Positions 11,911 through 23,916 of a DNA stretch of 64,000 nt are shown here, one piece after another. The position numbers and the translations under genes were made by a program. Location of the stretch: NCBI GenBank assembly GCA_004764695.1, contig SMSO01000032.1, positions 5,240,483 through 5,304,482 of the forward strand, read 5' to 3'. Numbering within the stretch: position 1 is the first letter of the stretch; every line of letters starts with the position of its first letter. The notes under the pieces were generated by a model. It was not told the DNA's origin. It ran no database searches and saw only the letters and a program-made list of their open reading frames with translations. This DNA is from Schizochytrium sp. TIO01 (taxonomy: Eukaryota; Protista; Bigyra: Labyrinthulomycetes).

Positions 11911-12555
11911 GTTGCTTTTGAAAAGTCGCTAATGAGGTCTGCTGCTCTTTCGGCAGCGACCTCACAGCGAACGATGACCTCCTCCTCTTCTCCTTCTTCC
12001 TGTCCTCTCTTTCCTTCTCTCTCTATCCTATTACACTAAGCAGTAGTTAGATAGCTAGATAGCTAAATAGAGAGCACCTAATATATATATATATTCACGA
12101 ACTAAGTATCTCTTTCTTTTCAAAAGAAAGAAATACCACTACGCCCGGACTAGGAGGTGTTACTGACCCCCTTATAACTGGTTGATTAAAAGTTGCTCGG
12201 TAGCGGGTCCTAGGAAGTCGATAGCAGCTCACTCACTTATAGAGAAAAGCACAGAACAATGCACGAGGATTCTTTGCTTTTCTTTGCTTTTCTTTGCCTT
12301 TCTTTCTTTCTTTCTTTCTTCCTTTTCTTTAATGCTTACTCGCTCGCTAGCAGCCGCCTATCTGTTGAGGTAGGGTGGGCTAGCAGAGGAGGAGAAAGAA
12401 AGAGAAAGAGAAAGAGAAAGGACCTGAAATGGACAGCACGCAGCAGAGGTCCCTCGAGGTTTGACGAGATGAGTGGAATGAACAGCAGGAACTCAGTGAT
12501 CTAGAAAATAGGTAACAAATGAATGCCCCTGCTGCTGCCCAAGCTGCTGAAGTGG

Positions 12556-12645
12556 CTTGAATCGACCTGTCTCGACCCAACTCGACTCGACTCGACTCGA
12601 CCCGGCTTGGCTTGGCGTGGCTCGAGTCAGCTCAGCTCAGCTCGA
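12556..12645 (+). repeat. Degenerate in-phase pentamer array (mostly CYYRR: CTCGA/CTTGG/CTCAG), 18 units
   Basis: cttga atcga cctgt ctcga cccaa (ctcga)x4 cccgg cttgg cttgg cgtgg ctcga gtcag ctcag ctcag ctcga. Confidence 0.75.
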
Positions 12646-15600
12646 TCTCGACTATGGATGGCTGAGGTATGCGAGGATATCCTAGGATAAGGTGAACAGG
12701 TCTTAGAGCTTGACTTGAGAGACTCAGCTAGCGAGAGTAAGAGAGAGGATGGGAGAATGGAGATTGAAGTCCAGACGTACGCCTGTGAGGACGAGGAAGA
12801 ACGACGAGTGGTAACAACAGCAGGAGTGCGACGCGGTTTCCTGCAATTAATTTAGATGCTTTCTCCGACTCCGTCTCCGTCCCTGTTTCCACTTTCTTCT
12901 TCTCCAGTGGTCCTGTCCTGTGACTACTTTGTTCACTTTTTCCCCCAATGCCTTCTTTCGAGGACAATTTCTTGCCGAATCTCCTCGCAAAGCGGGGGGT
13001 TTCAATGTTGAGATGCGTAGAGCTCAACTTGTTCCGCGTGGTCTGCGATCCTTCGAGAGGTCCAAATGTCCAAATGAGAAATGGGTAAACAGACTGAAAA
13101 CCTGGAAACCTGAGGCGATAATGGGACAGAACTTCACGAGAATTCTCAAAATGAACCCAAAAGTGAGTTACCGAGTGCACGCAGGCCTCGCGAATGCCGA
13201 GAATACGCTGTTAAGTTGGAAAACGGGACTTTGTGTGGCAGAATTGTGATTCTTTTTCTTCTGATAGTCAAGTGTTTCTTCGGTATATAAACAGTAATCT
13301 GGATAGAATTTCACTTGAAACCAGTCCGTGCTCACTGATCGCTGATCTCCTCTTAGGGATTCACTGCAAGAGGCTATGCCAATACTGAGCTCCAATCGTC
13401 TTGAAAAAGACCAATCAGGAAGATGAGGGTGACCACAAGCACAGTTGAAAGGTCCCGAGTTTGAGTTGCAATTTGGACTACTAACTGAAGAAAATGTGGC
13501 CAAATATGAAAAAAAAAAACTCGCTTTGCCTGATGTTAGAGGATCTCCGAAAGATTGCTTTACTTTTGCCTCGATTTTTGGACGGCCCGAAGCAGTGATA
13601 TGAAGATTCTCAGCGGAAATAAGAAAAGACGGAGTGCTCTTGTTTAAAATAAGAGTACCGCTCTGTACCTCAGCAACGTATCCCCAAAATCAGTATCCAC
13701 CAAGACAAAGACTAAGCTGGCCTTTTATTAAAAATGCCCCAGAGGCGTTCACTTTTATTAAGGTTTTAGTGGCGTTGGATGATCTTTTCTTGTTTTAGCT
13801 TCTCACACAGAAGATCATAAAACACGTAAGGTCGATTTGTAAAAAATGGCTTTGAATATTTTGTTTCGAAAAAGAGAATTTGAAACAATTTTCTGGATCA
13901 ACACTGTGCAAGGGTCCCTGTACTTCTTTTGAGGACTTCGGGAATCTTTTATTTTCGATGTCTCAGGAGCGAAAAAGATCTGTGTAACACTGGGCACGAA
14001 CTTGCATAGACAAGCTCAGCTTTTGCGGCTTGGCGAGAAACCCAAAGCACCACGCCCTGTAGGTCGCAGCGCCCCCTTCGAAACGCAGCGCAGGCTCAAT
14101 ACCACAAGGCTCGAGAGCGGTCTATACACAGCACCACTTGCCTGGGTCCGTCAAACAAACTTGAATGAAGAACTTTGAAATCTGCCAGACGTAGCTCAAG
14201 AAGCGTAAGCTAGAGCAGACCAACGAACAGGATGCCTTCAAAACAGTAGGCGTGGGCCAAGAGCTTGCCTTACTCGAGGTTCCTCTAGGTCGTCCCTGTC
14301 AACAACACCAGTCTAGTACACCAGCGCAAAGTCCCGCGATGGCAGCGTCGCTGTTTGCCTCTTTCCACGGTTTGGGTTTTGCTTTTCTTTGTACATTTGC
14401 TTTCTAAGACAAAGAGAAAGAAATGTAAAGAGAAACACTTTGTCTGCCTTTTTCTTATCTTTTAATTTAAAAATAAAGAAAAGAAATAACAAAGTGTTAT
14501 TTTCTGTTGTCTGATGCTTTACTTTGAGATGATGATTTTTTGAAAAGAAAAAACTCTTTAAATAATTCTTTGATGAAAGAAACTAGCAAAATCAGATATG
14601 CGGAAACACATACGATTGTTGCTGATAAACTGATATATATACATCACAATAATTAAATAATAGCGTTTAAAGTAAAACCTCACGAAGGCGCACGACCTTA
14701 CCATCATCTGTATAGTTTCTACCTTTCGGGATCAGTAAATAGTAATCTAATATTTACCATTCGATTTTCTCTCCGAGTGTGCAAGACCAAAGTGAGCTAA
14801 TTGTTTCCAAACCATTACCAACAAGGCTGGTCTCTCTTGGGGAACGAACACCATTACCTTCTAGGCTTCGCAAGCAAGAACGTTTCAAGCGACACAACTC
14901 TTATATTGAAACATGAACTATTCTAAATATTGTGCCTGCAAATAGCTTTTTGGTACGCTCTTCCAATCAATCTGAGCTATTTATGACATCCTGCGAAGTC
15001 TGAAGATGACTAAAGGTAAAAATCCGACGTTTTACTGAGAACAATGCAAACTAGAAAGAAGCAAACCTTTGTTGGACTATAGTTGGCTCGCTATGCGAAG
15101 TAAGACAAGAACTTTCATAATTAAGTTGTGCCAGATATCGTGTCATGATAAAAATAAAAATATATTATGCTAGCATCAACTACATGTCAAATCAAAACTT
15201 CAGTAGGGAGCTAGATCACAAGAACTTGTTTTATGCTAAGCCATCACTACATCACCAACTCGAATGAATCTGCGTCTTTATAGGATAATTTAGCACAGTT
15301 TTGCTACAAAATACATTCGCAACCTGTTTCCAGTAGAAACTCAGTGGTGGTGCCAAAACGACTGGTTTGTCATGAAGAAGCTGAATTATATCATATTTAT
15401 GCTTACTTCATTATACTGAGTCGGAGGGAACTATGCTGAAAGACTTTAGAAATTTGTGTCTACGCTATGGTGGGATGTCATGTTTCAAATGTCTTGAAAG
15501 TTGGCGTTTTTTATTCTACAGAGTTTCGGTAATAGTGTGTTCGAGTCTTTTGCGAACAATTTTTAAATGTTTCTTGTAGTGTAATTTCAGTATAGAGATT

Positions 15601-18600
15601 GAAAACACAGAAGAGCGTCAAGGAGAACACTGATGTATGTTATAACTTCAAGCAAACCATGTGGTCATATATTCGTAACGTAAACCAAGTTTAGTCAGCT
15701 GGACTTTTTTTAGAGTTATCTCACGAAGTAAAGTCGCATGAGTCATGACAAGAGTCCTGCGAGAACATTCTTGTACTTCCTTTGCTCACATCACTCCATG
15801 AACGCACAGTCGAGGCACATTTGTTTTTGGTAAAGCTCGAACACTCAGAATCCCTCTTTCTTCGTTTAAACATATCATTTGGTGGCTTATTATTCGCGTT
15901 ATTTCAAGACCTTGTAGAAAAAGAAATTCGGTAAATCCGAACACAACATCAACGTTGTTAAAAATAAATTTTATTGGCATTTTGATGAGAGCCATTCATG
16001 TTTGTTATTTAAATACGGAACCGGTAGAGTTTTGCAGGATGATTTCGTTCGACCTTTTCATGAGTGCAGGCATACTTTAACTACTGATAGATTTTTTTAA
16101 GACTGGTAGCGATATGGGCATTGCGCTATGGAGACAATTTCAACTTGGCAAATGGATCGTAGTCCTAAATACAACATAGGGAGCGAACGATCAATCAAAT
16201 GCGCTGCATTAATTGACTTTTTGTTGATGGAGTATTTAATGCGTACTGAAAATATATCACTTATACTCATTTTCCCTCTTTAATTTTATTTTCTATAAAG
16301 TTCAAATATTTTATGAAGATATGCAGCCTGCATTTAAACCTCAACTTGAGAATTAGTCGATATTCACCCTATGATTTCATGCACATCGAAAAAGGAGCAT
16401 TTGTCGAAATAAGTAGAAGGTTTAACTATAGTATATATTATTTAAGTAAAAAATTATGATATATTTTAATTAAAGCAACTTTGACTTTTTTATAACTATC
16501 TTTTAAAGCTAAATAGAAGTAAGGGGGGAGACTAAATATTCCTGTTCAAGAATGAAACTTTGAGACATATGCATTTCACACAAACTTTTTTTTAAATTTA
16601 AACTTCTGAAACGTTGTTAATTTTTTTTTCTAAGCACCAAACACTAGACCGTGGCTAAGTAGGGCTACATGTGCAAATATACATAGGAATGAGAAGCTAG
16701 TAAAATCAAGAGGCTGTTCAAATAATTAGGGGTTGGGGTTATCAATTTTTATATTTGTTTTTATAGTGGTGCTTACATAATTTATGTAATAACTTCCAGG
16801 AAGTCATCAAGACTAGTCAAAACTTCCAGGTACTAGATTCGATGGGAACGCGACAGGAGATGTCACTCGTTTCCCGCTAATAGCAAAATGAATGTATCAA
16901 AAGGGGTTACTGTTACAATACTACGTGTATCAGTGAATCGTAGATCTGTGTTCTCCTTCCAAACAGCGTGCCAGGCTGCTAATACTTTAAGGTATAAATA
17001 TAGCAGTAGGCACAAAGTTACCCAATTAGATCGTAGTAATAACAAAAGAGTAAAGAAAAGAATTAAGAACTAAAAGTGACTCCATTTATTTCTAAAGATC
17101 AAATCCGAAAGAATAGAAGCTTTTAGGATAGCTCCGTGTTGACGAGAATGAAGGGTAATCGAACAAGGAATCGTCACTGACTATTTGAATTCAAGGAAAA
17201 TCGTGCGCGTCAACTACTCTGCAATGCTTTTTCACAATTTTGCAGCGGCTTCTTAATGAGGTCTCCATAAAACTTATGTACTTATTTATGATTCTAAGTA
17301 CGTTACAATCTCGAGTGCTGTTATTCTTGGAGTCCTTCGTTTGAATCAAGACCCGATCCAAGTGCAGAAACTTATTTGAATAGCATGGGACCAGCGACAG
17401 TCCCATTTTCGCTTGGAATGCTCGCCTCATTTCATACCTACGGCTTGGTGTCCACAAAATGATGCAATGTTTTAATCACCAGCTCAATATGATGTCACCC
17501 AGCATGGAGAAAAGATATATGCTTCCTCGACATAAATTAAACCTTGAAGTGTATTCATCAAAACATTCTCATCGATGGAGTGTTTGCCGAAAAAATACTC
17601 ATATTAAGAGATAATGGTTCGCCTTAATCGTTGGTAAGCTTTTGTGGATATAATTTAATTATAATAATAATAAAATAATAAATATACATATGATAAAAGC
17701 ATGCTATTTTAAAAGCTACTATCCAGAGATTATTTCACCTTCCACTTGACTAAAACTCTAAGGCCAAATCAAATCAGCGATTGAAAAATTGCGCAAAAAC
17801 GCTTACGAGGGTATAATATCTTCCTTTATATTAAAAATTGGTTTTTGATATATAGCAGAAATTAGGAATAACACATCTACTGACGTAGATTTAAAAAATC
17901 AAATTGAGTTAAAGCGTCACTAATCATGGAGCACAGTTAATTAATAAATTGAAGAAATTAAATCTATAGTAAGCGTTTTAAATCTATATTGTGATCCTAG
18001 CTAGCGTTAGTTGGCAATCTAAATGTAGAACGAGCAGATTGACTCTAAATTGCTCATATTTGAGTTATCTCAACAATTCACATGCCTGATAAATATCAAT
18101 GCATTCAGCCTTATCTTACCACAGAATATTCACAAGTTGGCAAACCAAATTCTGAAGCTGGCGTATGGGCTAAACACACCTCCACATAGTTTTCAGAAGT
18201 ATTAGCCAATGGAAACTACGATGGTATACAGATGAAAGAAATAATATGAACCTGAAAACAAAATAAGCAATGTCACTTTGCTTTGAGGGTACGCAAAACA
18301 TATTTTGGTACTGTTGCTTTTAAGATCTCTGCTATGTGTTTTTGGACACTGCTGGCTAGTCGTGAAAAGTAAAGCGTATGTTGATCAAATACTTTGCACA
18401 GCCAGCAGTATTACAATACTGACTTGTGAATGTGAATTGGTCATGATGTTTAGTTATTCTTGCGCCAGGTACCTATCTGCCGAAAAAGTTTTATCCCTTC
18501 GAGATATGTGACGAGTCCATGAGTGTTGCATGTGGTTAGTAGTATGGGACCTGCCATGTCTAAAAAGGAATATTTTAAGAGACAGGTAATCAATCACAGA

Positions 18601-21063
18601 AGAACGAGCTAGACTTCAAGAATTCTCGGATGTAACTTTCGAGATAAGAAAGTGTTCTTAACTGTTTTATTTTTATAACTAGTGTTTTTATTTGCTTTTT
18701 TTCTTATTGAATATTTTGGTGAGCTAAGTTGAGTGTCCACAGAGGCAAAAAATAACCCACTCCACTACGCAGTGCTGCATAACGCCAATCCTTTAGTTCC
18801 GAGCGCTCATACAATAGAGTGTGATAAATTATTGAGACAGTAGATTGTAGTAACAGGGAAAGAGAGTAAATCTCTAGCTTGAAAGTTGAGATCGTTTTAC
18901 GCCGCTTCTTCCTTCGCAAAAGGGTTTTTAAACTTTTAACATGGCAACAGGAATATACAGGGTTTGTAGTTTTTTTTACTTTTTATTTTTTTAAAAAAAT
19001 ATATATAGTTTATTTTTTAAAATCTAAAGAATACTTCTTTAAAATAAAATAAAAATAAATATAAATATAAATATAAAATAAATATAAATATTTATTAATT
19101 TATATATAAATTAAAATACAAGTAACAAGTTGGGAATCAAGTGGTGCTGGCGAAGTTTTTCAAAATAAAAACTCATAAATTATATATAGGTGAGATCGGA
19201 GCAGAATAAATATTCATAGAATGTAGTAGTTTAATAATGATAAGCAAAGCAAAAAAGCGGAAACTGGAAACTTGTTTATTTGGAAACACCGTGGCGTGAC
19301 TTGCGAGTATAACTATTGTTTTGGGCTTTGTGCAAAATCAACAACAACTAGGTGATGCAAACACGATGCTTCTTTCCTTTGTTTTGTAATTCCTTTCGAT
19401 AATACTCTGTAGAATGCAGAATTGTTCAAGCTTGAATTGTCCTTTGAGGACTTGTTTCCAAGCCAAAATTTGACGCAATTTGCTGCGAGTAAAAGACTAG
19501 AGTTTTCTGGCCCAGACCTAAGTAAAATCTTGACAATGTGGAAACCTGGACATAAAAACCAAGAGAGATATTGTAGCTACTCATGTCAATACCATGCCCT
19601 TACAGATCGACTGGCCTGCATCGTCTGACAAAAGTAAATCAGTCCGGATTGTTTTAACATTTGCTGATTGCAAATGCTGGCACAGTGATACTGTGCGCTT
19701 ACCTTCAAAGATAATAGTACTTATGTATTCTTTGTAACACTAAGTCAGTGGCAGCAACTTGCAGAATGATAACTTGAACATCTATGTTGTTTATTTTAGA
19801 AATGGGAGCCAATGCACTGCATGTAGAATTCTTATTTCTCGTGTATACATTTCGTCGAGAAAGTTAAACTTTAGCAGCCAGGGATCATCAATTTGAGAGC
19901 ATAGAGTGCCTCGCAAGCAAGCCATACGTTTTGCATGTACGCGAAGGGTTGTGATGACTTTATGGAAGATCAGCAACTCCAATAGATCTACCCTTATCTA
20001 TCTATCTATCTATCTCTAATAAAGATTGTTTCCAACCTAACTTGTCATTCTGAGTAACCAAAGTCACTTCAAGCACCCGAGGAATTAATTTTCTTTTTCT
20101 TTAGAAATCTTTCATACACATAACAATAAATATATTTTGTTCGTTATGCGTTATGGGATAGAATTTCTTAACGAGAGTTGTGTTTTCCTTCTAGGTTTCG
20201 GCAAATCGAGATCTCTATAGCCTGAGGTCTTGATGAACTTCTGTGTGACGTTTAAAAAAAAGTAACTAAAATAGTGAATGACACTAAGTGAGCAAAAGCC
20301 CAGTTTACAGGTGAACGTCTAAGCTAGGAGAGGTCTTCTGACAGCGGAGCGCCAATCAAACAAACAAGGTGAAAATTGAAACATGAGAATTATTGAACCT
20401 TCTCTTTTTCTTTTTCTTTTTTTAATAATTCGATATATATTTTACACATCGATATTTAAAATTTTAAGAATGGAATAAACATATTAAAATTGATCAGATT
20501 TGTGAATAGACTTACTACATCACTCGGTAAAATTTCTCTCGAATCGTGGAAGTATTCTATTCGTAAGTGTATTGTCAAGGGTGATTTTGTTTCCTAGGGT
20601 GAGTGTTTTATTTTAGTTTATGGTTCGCCGGGATCTTTTCCTCTCCGCCTAATCTTTGACCTCTCAAGGTATATATAAGCATTTCAAAATACACAAAGGT
20701 GTGAAAAATTTTCCACCTCATTTTCCCTCTCTTTTAATTAAAAATATATATATATATAGTTCTTTTAGATAATTATTTTTGTTTTATTTCTTATTTAAAA
20801 TGTTTCATTAGGTATCAAAGATTTACAACTCATTCCAACAGTTTTTCATCGGTGCAAATTCATTCTCCGAGGTTTTGTAGAATATTGCATAGCTATAAAT
20901 CTACTATTGGCTACATCTTAAAGGGAGCTTTCGCAACCTCATGCCATGCTTATATTCTAACTTCTGAAACACCTAGAGCTCAGGATGGGAGATGTAATTT
21001 ACAAAAGAACGCAGCTTCTTAGAGACGCGTGTTGAAACTATTCTGTAGTTCTTTTCTCGGAGT

Positions 21064-21520
21064 CTATATTGATAAGTTTTCAGGCTGCTTTTTAAACTCA
21101 AAGGAGGCTTGAAGATGACTGTAAGGCAATATTGTTCTGATATCAAATGAACTCGAGGCGCTGATACAGAACTTTCTGTAGGGGAAATTTAGCAATACGG
21201 TGCTTTTACAATTTAGAATAAACAAGCTAAGTATAACTCTGATTTCACTGTACTTTCCCACGGTAGGTATGCCCATCTCCGCAGGCGAAGATGGAAACAA
21301 TGAAACTGAAATAGCTCCCTACGATATAACATGCATGGTTGGACCTGTTACATCAACTTTCTCCTGTTCATCATGACCAAGTAGTACGTAAGCTCCTGGC
21401 GAGAATAGTTGTTCCAAGCTGACCTGAAGTATATACCCTGCACGATTCTTTAGCTCAGACAAGGGATAAGTCTCCGAAGGCACGCACGCACAAGCTTTTT
21501 GAGTCTGAATCGCCGCTTGC
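21064..21520 (-). pseudogene. Decayed coding fragment in the gene desert
   Basis: About 150 codons in one frame with a single internal TAG (PSETYPLSELKNRAGYILQVSLEQLF...MHVIS*GAISVSLFPSSPAEMG...) inside AT-rich DNA. No family assigned. Confidence 0.25.
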
Positions 21521-23832
21521 CCTCACATAGCACTTTCCAATTTAAGAGATACTATGTTCCTTTGCATCTTCTAAATGGAAGCCAAATAGTGTTGCTTCGT
21601 ATTCCCACTTTTCTATTTCTAAAAATTGTTTTCAAATGTAACAGTTTTTATGCTTATTTTGTTCTTCAAGTTCTGCTTCTTTTAATTAATATAAAATCAT
21701 TCTAGTTCGTATGATAGTAAGTACTACCTTAGAATATTGAATTCTTAAATTGCTCAATGCGTATTCGTCAAAATCTCAGAAGGGCGTCATAGGTAACGAA
21801 GAGCTTGCATGAATTGATAACGCGAAGACCTCTGACTCGATCAGGTAACAGAAAGAATGAATGACTCGTCAGCCACCTCAACTAGCATCCTGCTTTTGTT
21901 ATATTATAAAAGTGGAACACTAAAAAAGGAAGACGTTTGTCTGGGCCAGTTCACGTGTGATGCGGCTTTTCTTGATGCAAACATTGTTCAAGCAACGCAT
22001 AAGGACTTTGAAAGTTAGTCAAATAAGTAGCATGGACATGATTTGCAAAATTATGACGCAGTACAAATAAGCTTTCCATCGAGCCAGACCAGATATGGAT
22101 GACTGTTTTTACTGGATTTTACACCCAAGTCAAAGGATTAAAAGGAATAGCCTCTGATTAGTGAGACAAGATTTTTGGAGGCAATATGTCTTGTTTAAGC
22201 ACCACGAAGTGTGCGAAACAACAACATATATAGCTATATCAACAATTCATATTTTTAACTATTTAAAAAGCCGACAGAGCTTGTTGCTTCTTTGGCAGTT
22301 GTCTATCAGCACCCATCAAACTCAACAACATACATAAATAAGTTAAAATAGTGGTGGGTTGGGTCGGGTCTTGTCGACATCTGATCTAGGTTGCAGCTGC
22401 CTGCAAGCTAGTATTCGGGCATTTTCAATTCCAATCGGATTGCACAGAACTTGCGAAGCCTGGTTTGTAGGGTGGCTAAACTGGTTGTCCTCCGACTTCT
22501 GGTTGGCTTACTTCAAAGGCCTTCTGATTTGGTTTGCTATGTTATTTGCGTATAAATGCGGAGTTTGTTCTTTTCTGAGACCGCCGTGAACTACGGTGGT
22601 CAGCAGTTTACGCATCGAGACTCAGACAATTTTAAACCCAATTTAAAACAAACGTTGACGAAATAGCTGCTTCAAGAAGAATGTTGGGGCCCTCTTTGTT
22701 TGCTTGACTCAAAGAGTCTCTTAGAGATATACCCCTTACTTTTACATTTCATTATTTGCAAAATCCTAAAAGATTGAAACGTTTGTGCTTAAAAGGATTA
22801 ACACTGGATAACTTGAGCCTCAATAAGTTGTAGGCATCAACTTCTATATATCTATATATATGTATAAACAAGTGCTGCCTGCACCTGGAAATAACATACA
22901 GCGAGTATGGACAGAAAATTGGTGCCTAAATTTTATAAAATGAGGATTTTATTCAAACTTTCTCATTTTTTTAAACAGAATAATACCGGCGCTACGCTCG
23001 GACTGAGTAGAACAATCATAATCGTAAACGCGTTGAATCTTCTTAATTTAAATTGTAAGAGGATTTAACACATCTGTGAAGACATATTTGTCGCCCGTCT
23101 AGCTTTAGATCTACTGTATGAGAAGGGAATAGCGGGGTACTTCAATTCAGTTCTTGTTTGTAGTCTATTAATCAAAAAGAGAAGCGAAGAGAAAACCCTC
23201 ACTATACGTGTCTCTGATAGACTACTTTATTGATACATCACTCAAGAACCTCGTGCATCGACCTACAGGAACAGTAAAACTAGAAAGAGGACCAAGCTTC
23301 TTCTAATAGCATGAGCTATTAATGTTTCAAAATACATTTTCTGTCAAGGAGTAGCGCCCGTGATTTCTTAACTCTCATCGTACACAAGAAATCCTTACAC
23401 ACTCAAGGCATCTCATGCTTGAACAGAATAAAAACAGAAATAAGATTAAAGCATGCGTTGATGCATGAGGTGTTCTCGTTGCTTGTTATTTGAATTGGTT
23501 CTTGTAACATGTCTTGGAGTGGTGATGCTACAGCTGAAGTTATTATCAATAGCTTTCTGATTTGTGAGAGTCACCCCACTTGCGCTCAACTGTAAAAAAT
23601 CTGATTAGATTGTGGAAAGAGTGAATAGCGAGTAAAATGTATTTGCGTATGAACCACAAAGCCATTCATATTTGTGGAATAAAAATGAAAAGTCAATTAA
23701 ACATTTTTTGAGTGTTTCGGAGATAAGCGACGTATTATAACGTGTATTCATTTGCTTGAGCAGCTTTAGGCAGGATCAATATAAACTGAGCTCACAGTCG
23801 CGGCTATTCTAAAAATTTCCAGCAAATACCGA

Positions 23833-23916
23833 ATTCATTCATTCATTCATTCATTCATTCATTCATTCATTCATTCATTCATTCATTCATTCATTCATTC
23901 ATTCATTCATTCATTC
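23833..23916 (+). repeat. (ATTC)21 microsatellite
   Basis: Perfect tetranucleotide run. Confidence 0.97.
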
